64,000 bases of DNA, from NCBI GenBank assembly GCA_021613535.1, contig CP075494.1, positions 6,882,001-6,946,000 of the forward strand, read 5' to 3'. The notes below the pieces were generated by a model. The model made no database searches, was not told the origin of the DNA, and saw nothing but the letters and a program-made list of their open reading frames with translations. This DNA is from Adineta vaga. Its lineage: Eukaryota > Animalia > Rotifera. Position numbers and translations under genes: made by a program. Positions 11,083-28,633 of this stretch are shown one piece after another (position 1 is the first letter of the stretch; each line of letters opens with the position of its first letter).

Positions 11083-14000
11083 ATGGATCAGTACATTGGA
11101 TCTCATAAATTAGCACCATATACATATCTACATCCAGGCCCAAGTGGTCCATTCCTCGAATTAAAAAATGAACCAATGAAACCTCCATCACCAAGTACTT
11201 CTGCATTATTACAACATAATCCAAGTTTAATCGACCTTTGTACAATTAATTTATATGAACGATTTTCTGAAAATAACTCAACACCAAATACTTCACCTTA
11301 TAAATCCTATAGAAGTCCGTCAAATCTTTATTTTTGTATTCCATCGATGACACAAACGGATTATTCATCTGATACGAATGATTCAAATACAAAATCGAAT
11401 GTTATACCTGATACGACAGCGTCACCTATCAGTTCAGCTGGTGATTGTAGTCCGAATGTTTCTTCTTGTACATCAACACCTTATTCAAGTCCAAAAGTAC
11501 GACATGCTTTTCAACAAAATTCACCACTTGATCTATGTGCTATAAAAGATTTACCATTGCCAATAATAAATCAACAACGTCTTAGTATAGAAAATAAATT
11601 CAATGATGAATTACCGAGTAAAAAAAGAAATTTGATTTTAAAATTCAACTTTTTTCTTTCATTAGTTATAGATTCTATGATTAAAACTGAACAAACATCA
11701 ATAGAAACTATCACAAAACATTCTCATACATCGCCTATTCTTCACCGTTTGCTAACATCACCAACAAAGATAAATGAATCACCTGCTGTACAAAATACTA
11801 CTGAACCAATTGAGAATGATAATAATAATAATAAGAGTCCACAATATCGGCCAAGATATTCACCATTTTATACAGGAGAAGAACAACTCAAGCCATCATT
11901 TCCATCGATAGATAATTTGCATAAGTATGCATATATTTAAACTATTTCTCAAACATTCTTTCATATTTTTGAATTTGTTTTAACAGAGATTGTCAATCAT
12001 TTCATAAATCATGTCGTTCACCTATCTTTGCTCGACGTTTACCTAATCAAAATCAGATCAAATGTGAAAATGATACCGATATTCATCACTTTGAATATAA
12101 TTCATCAAATAAATCAACGGCTTTACATTCATTAGATACTAATGGAGTTCCAAAGATTGATGACATGCATACAAATAACACATCATCTTCTTCAAGTTAT
12201 AATAATAAACGACCTTTAGAAACATCAACATTGCCAGAACAAGTTTTCATCAAACGTCGACAATCAAAAACAGTACCAAGTAAAATCATTTGATTGTTTT
12301 TTTTTCTATTTTATCTACGAAAGATATTCTTGTGATTTGTTAGCTATCAGTGTTCAACAAAATTATTGCATATCATATCCAAATACAGTTCCTCGATGTG
12401 TTGATTGTCAAACAGCAAATCCAAGTGATTTATCTTTACATCTTGCTGGTTGTCGATTTCAACATTGTCGAACGTAAGTAGTAACAAACTCTTTTCTATT
12501 TAATAAAGGTAACGTTTGAATTTAGATTAAAATATTTTGGTGAAAACATCTATGAATTTGATGGATTTACCACATCAAGTAATGCAAAACCACAAGATAT
12601 TGAATCTCTATGTACATCTAATTCGAGTAAGTGAAATTGATTATCTCAACTTTTTAATATTTTCTTTTATCATAGGTGGTCAACCAGTTTTGAATATTTC
12701 TGATGCTAATTATATCTTTACACGAATTGCGAAAGTTTTTTGTTTAATGTTTCATCATGAACAAAATGAACGAACAACACATAATGAAAGTAAATCGAAA
12801 TTCTTTTCTTTTTGAACTTGTCAAATGTTTATACGTTTTCTATTCATTCAAGAAAATATCATTTGGAAAAAATATATGGCAGGTTGGAGAGAAGTATGTG
12901 ATGATTGTTCAACAACACTATTTAATTATCATTATATGTGTAAACAATGTGGTTATATGGTATGCATTGAATGTTATAATCAATTTTCACAATTAACAAA
13001 CGAAAGACGAAAAAGTAAGGACAATTATCAATTGATTTATTGAAGAATATGTCTTTTCTTTAGAATTAAAACTTATTTGTACACATGATGAATCGTTTTC
13101 TCTATCAGAATTTATTCCATGGGAGGGTAAGTGAATCTAGAATTGATTTTATTGAATGAAAATATTTGACAATGCATTGTGTTTATAGTTATGGTTAAAT
13201 TACGCCATAATGTTATCGATTATCTAAGTCAATTAAAGCTTGATTATTCAATAAAATTGTACAATTCATCAAAAGCAGAAAATCTTTCAACTTTTATTAA
13301 AAGTTTAAAAATGAAACGATCACATGATGCTCGTGATGTTCAAAAGAAATGGTCATCTTTAGATTGTAATAATGATCCACAGATAGAATTTTATTGTAAT
13401 GATCGTCTACCTGTTTTTAATGAATGGATTAGTGAGAATGCAAAACAAGTAATTTTGAATGTCAATTAAAAATCTTCTTTTATTAATCTTTTCTTTTTTA
13501 GTTTTTTCGAAAAGTTTGGTCAACTAGTTGTCCTGTACTTGTCAAACAAGTACATAAAAATTTATCGGAAAAATTGTGGCAACCAGAAGCTTTTAAAGAA
13601 CATATGATTGATCATCGTGAAACACCAGCTTTATGGGATTGTGAAACATTAACACCAATTTTAACTAATGAAATAATATTGTCAAGATTTTGGGATGGAT
13701 TTGAACGTTTAAATAGTAAGTGAAATGCGAAAATTTTCATGGAAATTATTATTGATATTTTTGAATATATTAGTTCGATTACGAGATGATGAACATAATG
13801 GACGACCGAGAATATTAAAATTGAAAGATTGGCCAACAAAGAAAGATTTTGCTTCAGTTTTTCCGAACCTTCTTCATGATCTAATGACTCATATTCCATT
13901 CAGTAAGTAGAAATAGTTGTATTCGAAAAGATAATCAAACAAATTTATTCTAGGTGATTATACAAAACGATCATATGTTTATGATGGAGTTACATATTAT

Positions 14001-15220
14001 GGTGGAGCAATGAATATTGTCGAACGATTGCCATCATGTTTACTTAAACCTGATCTTGGACCAAAATTGTATATTGCTTACAGTAAGTTTTCCTATAGTT
14101 CATTGTAATGCTAAAATCAGTTTCAAGACTTACACGATGTATTACTTGCGTGTCTATAGTAAAAATTTGACTTCCGGTTTAGTTAATGGAAATAATTGCT
14201 AACGGATGTGTCATAAAATAACATTTTCTATATTTAGTTATTTCTTAACTTGACAATAGTTATATTACATAAATCTCTTGCTATTTTTCATTAGGTCAAC
14301 TTACAAGTCTAGCAACAAAGAAAGCGGGAACCACCAATCTTCATATAGATGTGTCAGATGCTGTTAATGTTCTTGTTTACGTTGGTATTGGTGGTCATGG
14401 AGATGATGGAGTAAATAAAGAAGAAGAAATTTCACGTAAATTGATCATTAGATAAAAAGAAGTCCATTGTTCACTTTTACTTTTGTTCTTTTTTTTATAG
14501 AAGTAGAAGCTGAAATATTAGATTCAAATATTGATGAAGCACAATTACAACGACTAAGAAATGGCGAACGACCAGGTGCTCTTTGGCATCTATTTCGTTC
14601 TGATGATGCAAAGAAGATTCGAGAATATATTGGACGAGTATGTAATTTCTTCGAAGATTAAATTCGTAATATTGAAATTATCTCTTCTATTTTTAGACGC
14701 ATCGTAAAGCACATGGTTCTGATTCTATACATGATCAAACAGCATATTTAGAAAAAGAAGATTTAGAAAAATTACGAGAATGGAGTAAAGTTGAATCTTA
14801 TCCAATTCTGCAATTTCTTGGCGATGCTGTTTTCATTCCAAGTGGTGCACCTCATCAAGTAGGTCAAATTTTTTCAGAATCAGTACAATCTTTTACAACA
14901 AAAATCAAATGTCTTTCATTCTAGGTGAAAAATTTACATTCTTGTATTAAAATAGCTGAAGATTTTGTATCACCTGAAAATCTTGATCGTTGTTTAATTA
15001 CCACAAATGAATTTCGAACCTTATCCAAAACACATACTAATCATGCTGATATATTACAAGTAAATATTTCTTCATATTTAATGTCTCTAGATTAAAATTG
15101 TTTTATTTTTAGGCTAAAAATATTCTTCACTATACTACACGTGATGCATTAAATTCATTGATCGAACCAACAAAAGTAGAACTATCACCAGAGTCTTCCT
15201 CTTCGCCTGTAAATAATTAA
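11083..15220 (+). CDS. KDM3: KDM3/JMJD1-family H3K9 histone demethylase (multi-exon)
   Basis: C6 finger [30 protein letters not shown]; JmjC motifs [73 protein letters not shown]; Fe-binding H/D/H intact; stop 15218-15220. Confidence 0.93.
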
Positions 15221-16083
15221 CAAGATTGTCTCTTTCTTTTTCTCTGATAGATAATGGATAATAAGTATTCATTCTCCTTCCATTTTTATTTATTGCATTT
15301 ATGTGTTTGTGAGGAGAAGAAGAAGAAGAAGAAGAGGAATTACTATAAAGATAGATCAGAAAACGAGTCATGTTCGTTTCTTTCTCAATATTTGTGTGTA
15401 TATGTGTGTTTGTCGATCTCACATCTTTTCTTTCCTTTTTGTCACTTTTCTTCTTTGTTGTTTTTTTTCAAGGCGCCTTCGTTTTCCTTTTTTGACATTT
15501 CATTTTTTCTTTTTCTGGTGCTAGCCTAAACTTCATGCATGGACCTTTCTCTTGTATTTTGTTGTTAGCTTTTGTCGTTGTTGTGGTTCTTGTTCATTTT
15601 GTCTTTAATGTTCATGTATGTTTAAACAACAGATAACAATAGGTACGTTTTTCGCCTGTTTGTATAGCATATTATCTAAACATTTCATTGTCTATTTACG
15701 AAAAAAGATCTTCTTTTCAAATTTTCATTGAACCGATCCAATGGATGAGATTATTAGAATTGATAGTTCATTAATCAACTAGAGAATAAGACAATCTCTG
15801 TACGAACAATACATGTATTGATTAAAGGCCGATAGTGTTTATGAACAGAGTTATTGACTATTACATAGGTACATATCAGCTGATAGACATTGATACATAT
15901 CAATAGTATCTCGAGACAACCCTGAGATATATTTATCAATGATATAAGTCAAAGACGTACAGCCTTTTACATGCCGGATTTTAATATATTAATTAGATTA
16001 AAATAAGAAACTTTATTTGTCTCGTTTATCAGTAATAGCTTACATTAAAAAAAAATATCGTTTATTCTTCTTTATCACATATG

Positions 16084-16275
16084 TTAATATCGCCTTCGAT
16101 GACGGCGATGATGAGAGGATTGATGACCGTACATATTTCTTTTTGGAACCGATGCTACCGGTCCTACTGGACCTACAGGTGCATATCCGAATTCAACATT
16201 ATAAGCTTGATGAATTAATGGATTGTTGCCCGGTGAATTCTGTTGATTGTGTGATGAACTGAAGAGAGAACCCAT
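16084..16275 (-). CDS. 63-aa microprotein with N-myristoylation motif (MGSLFS) and His/Arg-rich tail
   Basis: ATG in A-rich context, preceded by a GTATGT...CTAG 5'UTR intron (about 16304-16363); non-random composition. Confidence 0.55.
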   Translation of the reverse strand: MGSLFSSSHNQQNSPGNNPLIHQAYNVEFGYAPVGPVGPVASVPKRNMYGHQSSHHRRHRRRY

Positions 16276-16671
16276 TATTTCGACGATCAGAACCTTGAGT
16301 TGACTAGAAGTATAGTATAAAAATAATTATTTCTAATACACATTCAAGGCGAATTATACATACTGATTGCTACGATGCAAGTCAAAAACATATTGAGAAA
16401 AAAAATAACCTTTCTCCTATCTATATATCGATCAGGAAACTGATGAAAAATAGAGGAACTTGTTGTCGTAGAATAAATTAATGATATGGTTCGATGCTTT
16501 TTCGATAGATGTCTATGGTTCACAATGAATAATTATTGAATTTCACTGGTTCGTTTGCCTGTCAATATCAATGGACAAATGAATTTTTATCGGGTAATTT
16601 TTGTTCTATCAATCAAATTATTAACGCACCAAAATGTTTCCAGTATTTGTATAAATGAAAATTTTTTACAG

Positions 16672-17478
16672 ATGAATTATCAAAATCATCATTTAAAACG
16701 ACTACAACATCCAACTAATCCACACAGTCATTATTGTTGGCCTGCTTCTGATGTTGGAACAATAGAAGAGACGATTCAAAATTTCTCTCAATCAGTACTG
16801 ATTTTCTATATAGTATTTTTTCTCATGATAAATAATGAAATCTTATCTTTTAGTTCAATAGACCAGTTCTGCTTCATGCACGACGTGGTGGTGGTGGTGG
16901 TGGTAGAATAATAATCAACCGTTCTTGGAATCCATCGACATTCTTACGAAAACGAACGATTCATTATGATTTAGCCGAAAGTTTTATGGATCATTCAACA
17001 AATCCTTTATCATCAGAATTATACAAATCTCATTTCAAACATTCAACAAAACCATGGCCTAATGGACGTTTTGTTAATTATAAAGAAAAACTCGATCTAT
17101 ACAATGGAAATCTTATTCATGCTCCATGTATAAAAACGTTTCCTGTTGTATCAAAGCAAAAAAAACTACTAGAAACAATAGAAAAAGAACAAAATTCGAT
17201 GTCTCTATTGTCAACAATAGATTTACTCGATCCCGTCGTTCATGAGCAACGAAAAAAACTCTCTGACGAACAAAAAAGTTTATATGACGATTTTTACCGA
17301 AGTGGAAAATCATCTGAAGTAAATGAACAGTTATTCTAAAGTTTTCTTGATCTTTAACTTTTATTTTCTATAGGTTACGACAACGAGTCAGATAAAAAAA
17401 ATCAATTCTATCCATCATACAAAAATCTCATCTGTTTCAATGGGAACAGTGAATGAAAACGAAGCAGATGATCAATAA
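16672..17478 (+). CDS. Uncharacterised 3-exon protein
   Basis: MNYQNHHLKR...QS | FNRPVLLHARRGGGGGGR...SSE | VTTTSQ...ADDQ* joined by phase-0 GT-AG introns at about 16795-16853 and 17319-17373. Confidence 0.65.
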
Positions 17479-18715
17479 TAAGCACATTATGTAGTATATC
17501 CGTATCTTTTCTTCTTGTTATTATGTAGATTAGTATTAGTCAATATGTATATATATATTTTAAATCGTGTTTTTCTATCCTACAATCTATTCTTCCATTG
17601 ATTGTCAGATTCTGTTGTCTATCTTTTTTTTCTCGTCGTATTAGTCAGAAGATAAAAGAAAACATTCATTCATACATTGAGAATACTTTATAAAGAATGT
17701 TTGTTTTGTCCTTTTTCTGTGTGCGATAACATATCATTTTTACAAGCAATAACCATCAATGTGAAGATATTTCAATAAACGAATATAAAAAGTAAATTAT
17801 TTAGAATTATATTCTTATCATCTCCTATCGTAACTGTTCGCTGTTAGCAAAACAAATTTGAAGTAGTCGTATGAGTTTTGTACTTATTTAAGATCAGCTA
17901 TAGCTGCCTTTCTGTTCTGTGCATGAAACTATAGGAAAAGAATTCCGTTAAATATGATTTAGAATACAACGAAAGAAAGATAGTTAACATTGATAATAGA
18001 TGTCGCTGCAATACAATATTATCTGATTGATAGAAAAAAAACTAGAATGTAATTTATTTATTAACAAAAAAAATTGAATTCTATACATAAGTTTTTTATT
18101 CAATTAATATTTAATTTGAATTCGATTATATTTTTCGTATGTTTGTTTACAACATCAATGAGGTTTTAAAATGATATAGTAAAATGGCGATCATAAGGAG
18201 AAAATATGATCCAGTCAAAATGAAGTTCTTTGTTTATTCCCATTACCACTTTCTTTCCTTCCTTTCATGACTTTTTTCCTCTCTCCATCTTTCTCTCTCT
18301 CTTCGGGTCCTAAGATCTCGTGAATCAATCGTAAACGTCAATGAATGAGTCAAACCTATAACGATCATAGACATAAATTACATGTATTGATCATATTTCA
18401 GATTGTATCAATTGGACTTGTTATTTACATCATCATATTTTGAATATATTTACTGTTATCTTCATATTTGTCAAATCAATTTTCATTCATTATCATCACT
18501 TATTTTTCGTCACATATTCTCCTTCGTAAAAAGCAAAAACAAGCAGAACAACATCGTATTTTCCATGTATATTTATTTTAAAACATATGATTTTTTCCAT
18601 TAACTAACCCATCTTTCGTTTTGTTTTCCCTTTAGATGATATGTTTTCTCATATCATAATGAAATTGTCATATAATTATGAAATATTATCAACATTTAAA
18701 TCATAATTATCATAG

Positions 18716-22449
<3,734 letters not shown>

Positions 22450-23028
22450 TTATCTAAGCATATATAGAACAATAGAGAAATATATATGCACGTACACACA
22501 CACACATCTTATTCAATCTTCATGTTTGTTTTCTTTTAATTTATTGTTCTTTCTATAGCGTTATACTCTCGCAGTGATCTTTTGCTTTTCGTTTTCTAAA
22601 ATAAAAGAACACGGCGATGTCTTTGTAAATAATTTCCATTCTTTAAGAAAAAACCATGTTCTTCCGTATCGAAAAAAAACAATGCGTGTGCGCGCGCGTC
22701 TGTGTGTGTGTATATTTATAATCTAGCATTATGAAAAACGAAACTTGAAATATTAAGGATGGATAAGGAACTTTTTGTGTGTGCGTTTTTATTATTTCAT
22801 CATCTTCTTCTTCTTCTTCTTCTTTTTTTCTTTCTCTTTCTTTCTCTTTCACTCATATGTTTGTATAGTTTTGTATGACGCTTTCGAAATGTGTGTGTGT
22901 ATTAAAAAAAGAGAAGAATTTGAATACAAGCAAAACGAACAACAATAATAATAAATATTTGACTAAAAGCTATAAAAATCATTTTTGTTTCTCATTTTCT
23001 ATTATTAAAGATGTTTTGAAAGTAAAAG

Positions 23029-26000
23029 ATGTTTTTATTGATTGTACTACTCAGCTATGTCCTTGGGTGTGCGACAACAATTGCTATCTTGATATATTTG
23101 TATATACGTTATGGACTCGGTCCACGAGAAACAATTCCAGAACAGAATCAATATCAAACATTTCAGCCCATACCGGAAGTAAGTTTACATTTCTTGATTC
23201 CTATCCATATGTATTTTTTTCTTAGAATTTTCAATCGAAAAATCCGACTATTGATACAGTGAATTATATATTTCAATTTCTTTTCCAAGAAATGAAAGAT
23301 ACTTCCAAAATTAGACGTTATATTATTAAAAAATTGAATGTTGAATTTAATGAATTAAAAAATACTCGAATAGGAAAATTTTTTCTTCGAGATATTGTCG
23401 TAAGTTTTTAAATCAATAAATTCTCTTCAATTCATCTCTATTATCCATAGATACAAAGTTTTTCTTTGGGAAGAGAATGTCCTATATTAACTGATATCCA
23501 ATATCAACGACACGAACGAGATGAACGAAATTTAATCAAAGTATTTCATCAATGATATTGTTCAATTATAAATTTGTTTTCTTTTAGGAATTTCAAGCGA
23601 AATTTCATGCGGATTATCAAGATGGATTTTCTATAACACTTGATATTACACTTGCATTCAATCAAAAATGTCAATTATGTATTAATGTTAAACGTATTCA
23701 AGGATATTTACGTTTAGAACTTCGTCGTGAACCATTTTCTCATTGGTTATTAGTCTTTCAAGGTGAACCATTGATCGATTTAGATATCAAATCTTATTTA
23801 TCCAATCGTGAAGCTGCTCAATTATCACAAATTATCAAACAACAAATATGTCGTGCTATACGACGTAAACAAATCTGGCCAAATTATAAAATTCGTTATC
23901 AACCATTTTTTCCCACATCAAAACGCTCGTCACCCGACGAATGTTTAGCAGTTATTGATCCTTCTCTTATACCTGGTAAATTTTATATAACAATTAAATC
24001 TTGTGATCGTCTTTCAATTCCATATGAAATCTCCGATATAGAAAATGGTTCATCATTATTTATTTTTCTAACAATTAATATTAATAAACATATGTGCGAA
24101 GATTATTTATGTATCAATCGTGATCAATGGAAAAAATATCAAATTGAATTTCGTCCACACATTAATCAAATTCGTGTTAAAGAAGTTTTATATATGGATC
24201 GTATTGAATTATTAATTGAAGAATTGAAACTAATTCCAAATGAAATAGAAAATCGAATGATATTCGAAGAAGCATTCGATGATAGAAATGTTTTTTTACT
24301 TCAAATTCAAGGTGAAAATGTCCATAGATTAAAACAAGTAAATCGTTTATTAAAATATAAATCAATTGATAGTCTTGATCAAAAAATACAAATTGTAGTT
24401 GGTATACCAGTGTTACATAGTGTTCGAATACCACGTGCAGTGAAAACAATACCTATAGTAGAGAATTTTTCGATCGTTTTCTAAGTTAGAATTTGATTAT
24501 ATGTAGGATGAAGAGCTAACAGATACATTGCGACGGCGACTTTCAGGTTTAATTTCAAGTTTTTGATAATGTTTTGAAAAATATACCGTTTATTCTATTT
24601 TAGTGAGAAGTGATTCAACGATTAATTCGGACAATAGAAATCAAGTACGAACATCCAGTACAACGCGAGCAGTCAAACAGGTAAGTTAGAAAAATTTTAT
24701 TCTTAAATATTTATTTGAACTTTATAGAGAAATTCTTCAATGGATATGATCAATTTAATCATGGTGAATATCGATTTCCTCGAAACATTTCAAGCACGAC
24801 CGACTCTTACCCAAAAGCCTGGAACGGTATGTTTTTATTTTTCTATAAAACATCTCTAATCTCATCTGATTAATATAGTATGTGGAATTTAATCATGAAT
24901 TCAATTTTCAAGTTGGATCCGATGAACAATTTCTTAATATTTGTTTATGGTGTAAACCACCACTGGAGAGTGATGTACCCAATATTGATAGAAAATATAT
25001 ACTACTTGGCTATGTAAGTTATTCATTCAGTTTTTGTTGTAAAAAGCCTAATCGAAAAACAAATGGTCGTTTAAAAGAACATTAACAGTCTATGATATGA
25101 AAATGTACTCAAAGATGAGTAATTCGCAAAATTATAGGAGTTTCTTACCTATGTGATTAAACTAACGAAATTAAAGTTAAATAAAAACATACATAAAATG
25201 AATATTATAATTTCGATGAAAGGAACAAGCTTGAATCTAATTTTTCTTCACTATTTTTATGTAGACTACAATCGCTCTTTCTGAGGTTGTTCTTAACGCT
25301 CATATGAGTTTTAAACGTGAAACTCAAATGACACTCAATTTTCGTTCTGCTAATTCATCCAAATCGAATATGTAAGAACCATTTTGAATATCAATTCATA
25401 TTGAACGACACTAGTTTTCTTCATTCAGAGATGCATATCGAAAAGATCCAGCATGGTATGTTTCTTATTCTCATTCATTCATTCATATATCGAACACATA
25501 TTCTCTTCTAGTAAAAAACTAGCAGAATTGACTACACATAAAAATTTTGATGATCAAATGGCTCATGGTTTCGTTACTCTGGAAATCAGACATGAACCTG
25601 AAATAGAAAACATTCCAAATCATGAACTAAAACGAGAAGATCCAATTACTATTGAAACAATTACAGTCCATAACGAACAATTACTATCAGCTCCTCAAGC
25701 GATTTCAAAGTAATCTTATTTTGACAGGAAAAGTTAGAATTGAAATTTATTGCATTTTAGATTATCTGATCATATTTTTGAAGATCAAAATTTTAGTATT
25801 GGTACCAATTGTTGTTTTTGTCATAATAAAATTTGGATGAAAGTCGGCCGACAATGTCGAAACTGTTTGGCAACGGTACATCGAAAATGTGAAGACAAGT
25901 TTAGTATAATCAATTTTTGTACACACGAACATCCACGGTCAAGATTGGCCACTATTGAGAATGATTTGACTCCAAGTAAGGATGAAACAAAAGCACGACG

Positions 26001-26936
26001 ATCATTTCGTGCATTTGCAAACAAAACTACGTATCCTACGATCGGTGCAATATCGTTAGAATCACCAAGAACTGAACAATTAGAAACTTTTCACACAGAC
26101 AAACGACTTATTAGTACTAATCAAACGTCTTCAAAATTAGTTAGTGTTGCCGCATCAGCTTATAATAAATTAATAGAATTTCGAGCCAAACGTTCAGATG
26201 TTCGTAAACCACGCTCATCATCAGGTCAGAATAGTTCTATGTTCTTCATCTTCTAATAAGACATGTTTTAAATTTCTTCATAGTTAGCGAAAATATTTCC
26301 GAAGATGATCTTCAAATGATATTTTCGGTATGTTCGAACCATATTTAACGGAATGAGACCTTCAAACGTTTGTGTTTTTAGAAATGTTTAACTGACGAGA
26401 ATATCGATACAAAAAGTTTAGAAGATTTATTTCGCGAACAAGCTGTTGATCATGCCGAATTGTATGCAAAAGCAAATGCATATGGAGTGGAGTTATTCCA
26501 AGATTTAGATGTTGACGAACGGAAACTAAAACTCGAAAATGATGCTAGTTTTTATTGTATAAAATATTATTTCAGATGATTAATTTTTTATATTTTAGAT
26601 TAGTCGAGTTCAACAAGAAATTAATCTTCAAGATCTAATTCGTGATGAATTGATTATTGAAATGAATAATAATCTAACTGATGAAAATTTCAAAAGAAAA
26701 ATTCAAGCGAAAATTACGAATGTCGATGAAAAAGTTCAAGCACTAGGTATGTAATGAAAAGCTCTTCAACTAAAAAAAGTAAATGAACTTTCATTTCTTT
26801 TCAGCTGCATTAACAATTCTCTATTGTTCTGGTCCGTATTTTTTCACAGATTAATACTTTCAAAAACAAATCGTTCATTTTAGGTCTCAAACATTGTTAT
26901 CATCAACTAGATGCTAGAAATGATAGTTCTAATTAA
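23029..26936 (+). CDS. PDZD8: PDZD8-like ER lipid-transfer protein (TM anchor, SMP domain, degenerate PDZ, C2-like, C1 domain, coiled coil)
   Basis: N-terminal TM; FQFLFQEMKDT...ELRREPFSHW...IRRKQIWPNYKIRYQPFF (SMP); C1 finger H...CCFCHNKIWMKVGRQCRNCLATVHRKC; C-terminal ALAALTILYCSGLKHC. Confidence 0.88.
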
Positions 26937-27109
26937 TCTCCCTGTGAACCAACTAACTCTATCGTATATGCAATATGCTCAATCTACTTGTGATATGTAT
27001 ATTTTTTAATGATTAATAATAAATTTAAGTCTTTCTTTTGTTTTGATTAATATTTTCATATATAGTAATGAAAATAATAATTTACTATGTGATTTTGACC
27101 TTTTTCTAG

Positions 27110-27457
27110 ATGACTGAAGTAACTGATGGTCAAAGTGACCAAGCTCAACAAAAGATTAAGCAATGGCTTAATAAGCCAATGCGTGTTTCAATTGTTGATG
27201 GACGTGTACTTGTTGGTGTTTTACTTTGTACTGATCGTGATCAAAATCTTATCTTAGGAAATTGTAATGAATATATTGGTTCACCAAGTGAACAAGAAGA
27301 ATTTCGTGTACTTGGCCTTGCTTTAATACCTGGTCAACATATAAAATCGATATATATTGACGAAGGTTCATCACCCACACAATCTTCAAATCCGTCTCAT
27401 ACATCAATTACAACAACGAATGATCATATTTTAGATGATGATAAAAGTGATGGTTAA
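27110..27457 (+). CDS. NAA38: NatC auxiliary Sm-like subunit NAA38/LSMD1 (Mak31)
   Basis: LNKPMRVSIVDGRVLVGVLLCTDRDQNLILG...RVLGLALIPGQHIKSI. Confidence 0.9.
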   Translation: MTEVTDGQSDQAQQKIKQWLNKPMRVSIVDGRVLVGVLLCTDRDQNLILGNCNEYIGSPSEQEEFRVLGLALIPGQHIKSIYIDEGSSPTQSSNPSHTSITTTNDHILDDDKSDG

Positions 27458-27558
27458 TTTTGTCTTTTGTTTTGTTTTTCGAAATAGTTAATGGACTTTT
27501 TTGTATTTATGTGATTAGTTCTTTTTCTTTTTCTCTTTTTCTTCTTCTTCTTCTTCAG

Positions 27559-28592
27559 ATGTCTTGCAAAAGAGGAAGCAATAATCGAACACGTAAACAA
27601 AAGTATCAAAATGCATCAACATTTAAAAATAATATGTATGACACAAGTAAAATGACAAAAGACATCAATGCAATTGAACATAAAGGTTTATGTGAACATT
27701 GCAAACAATTACTTGAATGGCGAGTACATTTCAGAAAATATAAACCATTAACACAACCAAAAAAATGGTAAATAAACTTATCCTAATGTAAAGAAGAGAG
27801 GAATGAAATAGATCTACATCAACACCCATTGTTAGACCATGATAGACAATTTTCCATGACTGTCCATGAAAGAAGACCTTGACATCAAATTTGTTCATAC
27901 AGCATTACTAATATCATGTCAAGGAATGGCATCTATTGTGTATGTTTATAAACTAATATAGAAAAAGATATGAACTTCTAACAAGGTAATAACAATGCAA
28001 TTTCCATTCGTGCTAATTGTATGAAAATGATTAGATGTTCATGGTCTGTCTTATTAACCTCTCCTTGATGGAAAATGAGGTCAGAAAAAGAAACTAAAGA
28101 ATTTTGATTTTTTTTTTGTAGTGTTCGTTGTCTTCAAAGAAATATTCTACGAGCTTATCACATTATTTGTGATGATTGTGGGGTTAAAGATAATCTTTGT
28201 TGCAAATGTGGACAGAATCCAGATGCACCTATCGAGTAAGATTATGATTTGATTTGATCGATATTTGACAATATTGTCTCTTTTAGACGACCTGTTCCTG
28301 CTGTTGAAGAAGAACGTGAACAAGTTGAATTTGAAACTGATGTTAAAATGCTTCGAGAAAGACAAAGACGTATGATTTATTTCATAGTAAAAACATCTTT
28401 TATTTAAAAAAAAATTTTTTCTACAGGTAAATTTCATCGTCTAATGAAACAAGGGATGTCTGGAGAAGAAGCTTTAGCCCAAGTAAACGTTTCATCTAAA
28501 GGTACAGAAAACGATGATGATGATGATGATTATGATGATGATATGATGATGATAACGATGATTCGGAATTCGATGAAGAAGAATCGACTTAA
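27559..28592 (+). CDS. C9orf85-like (DUF2039) Cys-rich protein with acidic tail; apparent 1-nt deletion in the (GAT)n tract near 28543
   Basis: MSCKRG...QKYQNASTFKN...GLCEHCKQLLEWRVHFRKYKPLTQPKKC|VRCLQ...YHIICDDC...CCKCG. Adding one base restores ...DDDNDDSEFDEEEST* (stop 28590-28592). Confidence 0.88.
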
Positions 28593-28633
28593 TATACACG
28601 AACATATTTTTTCATTGTTATCGTTGTTTTTTC

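Noticed and set aside
15135-15529. Several overlapping 70-95 aa ORFs after KDM3 (similar ones at 41516-41858 and 22643-22852)
   Set aside because: They come from low-complexity GAA/CT-rich UTR or promoter DNA, with no splice or domain support.
18181-18190. AAAATGGCG YY1-type motif upstream of DYRK1A
   Set aside because: A single short match with no TSS data; cannot be supported from sequence alone.
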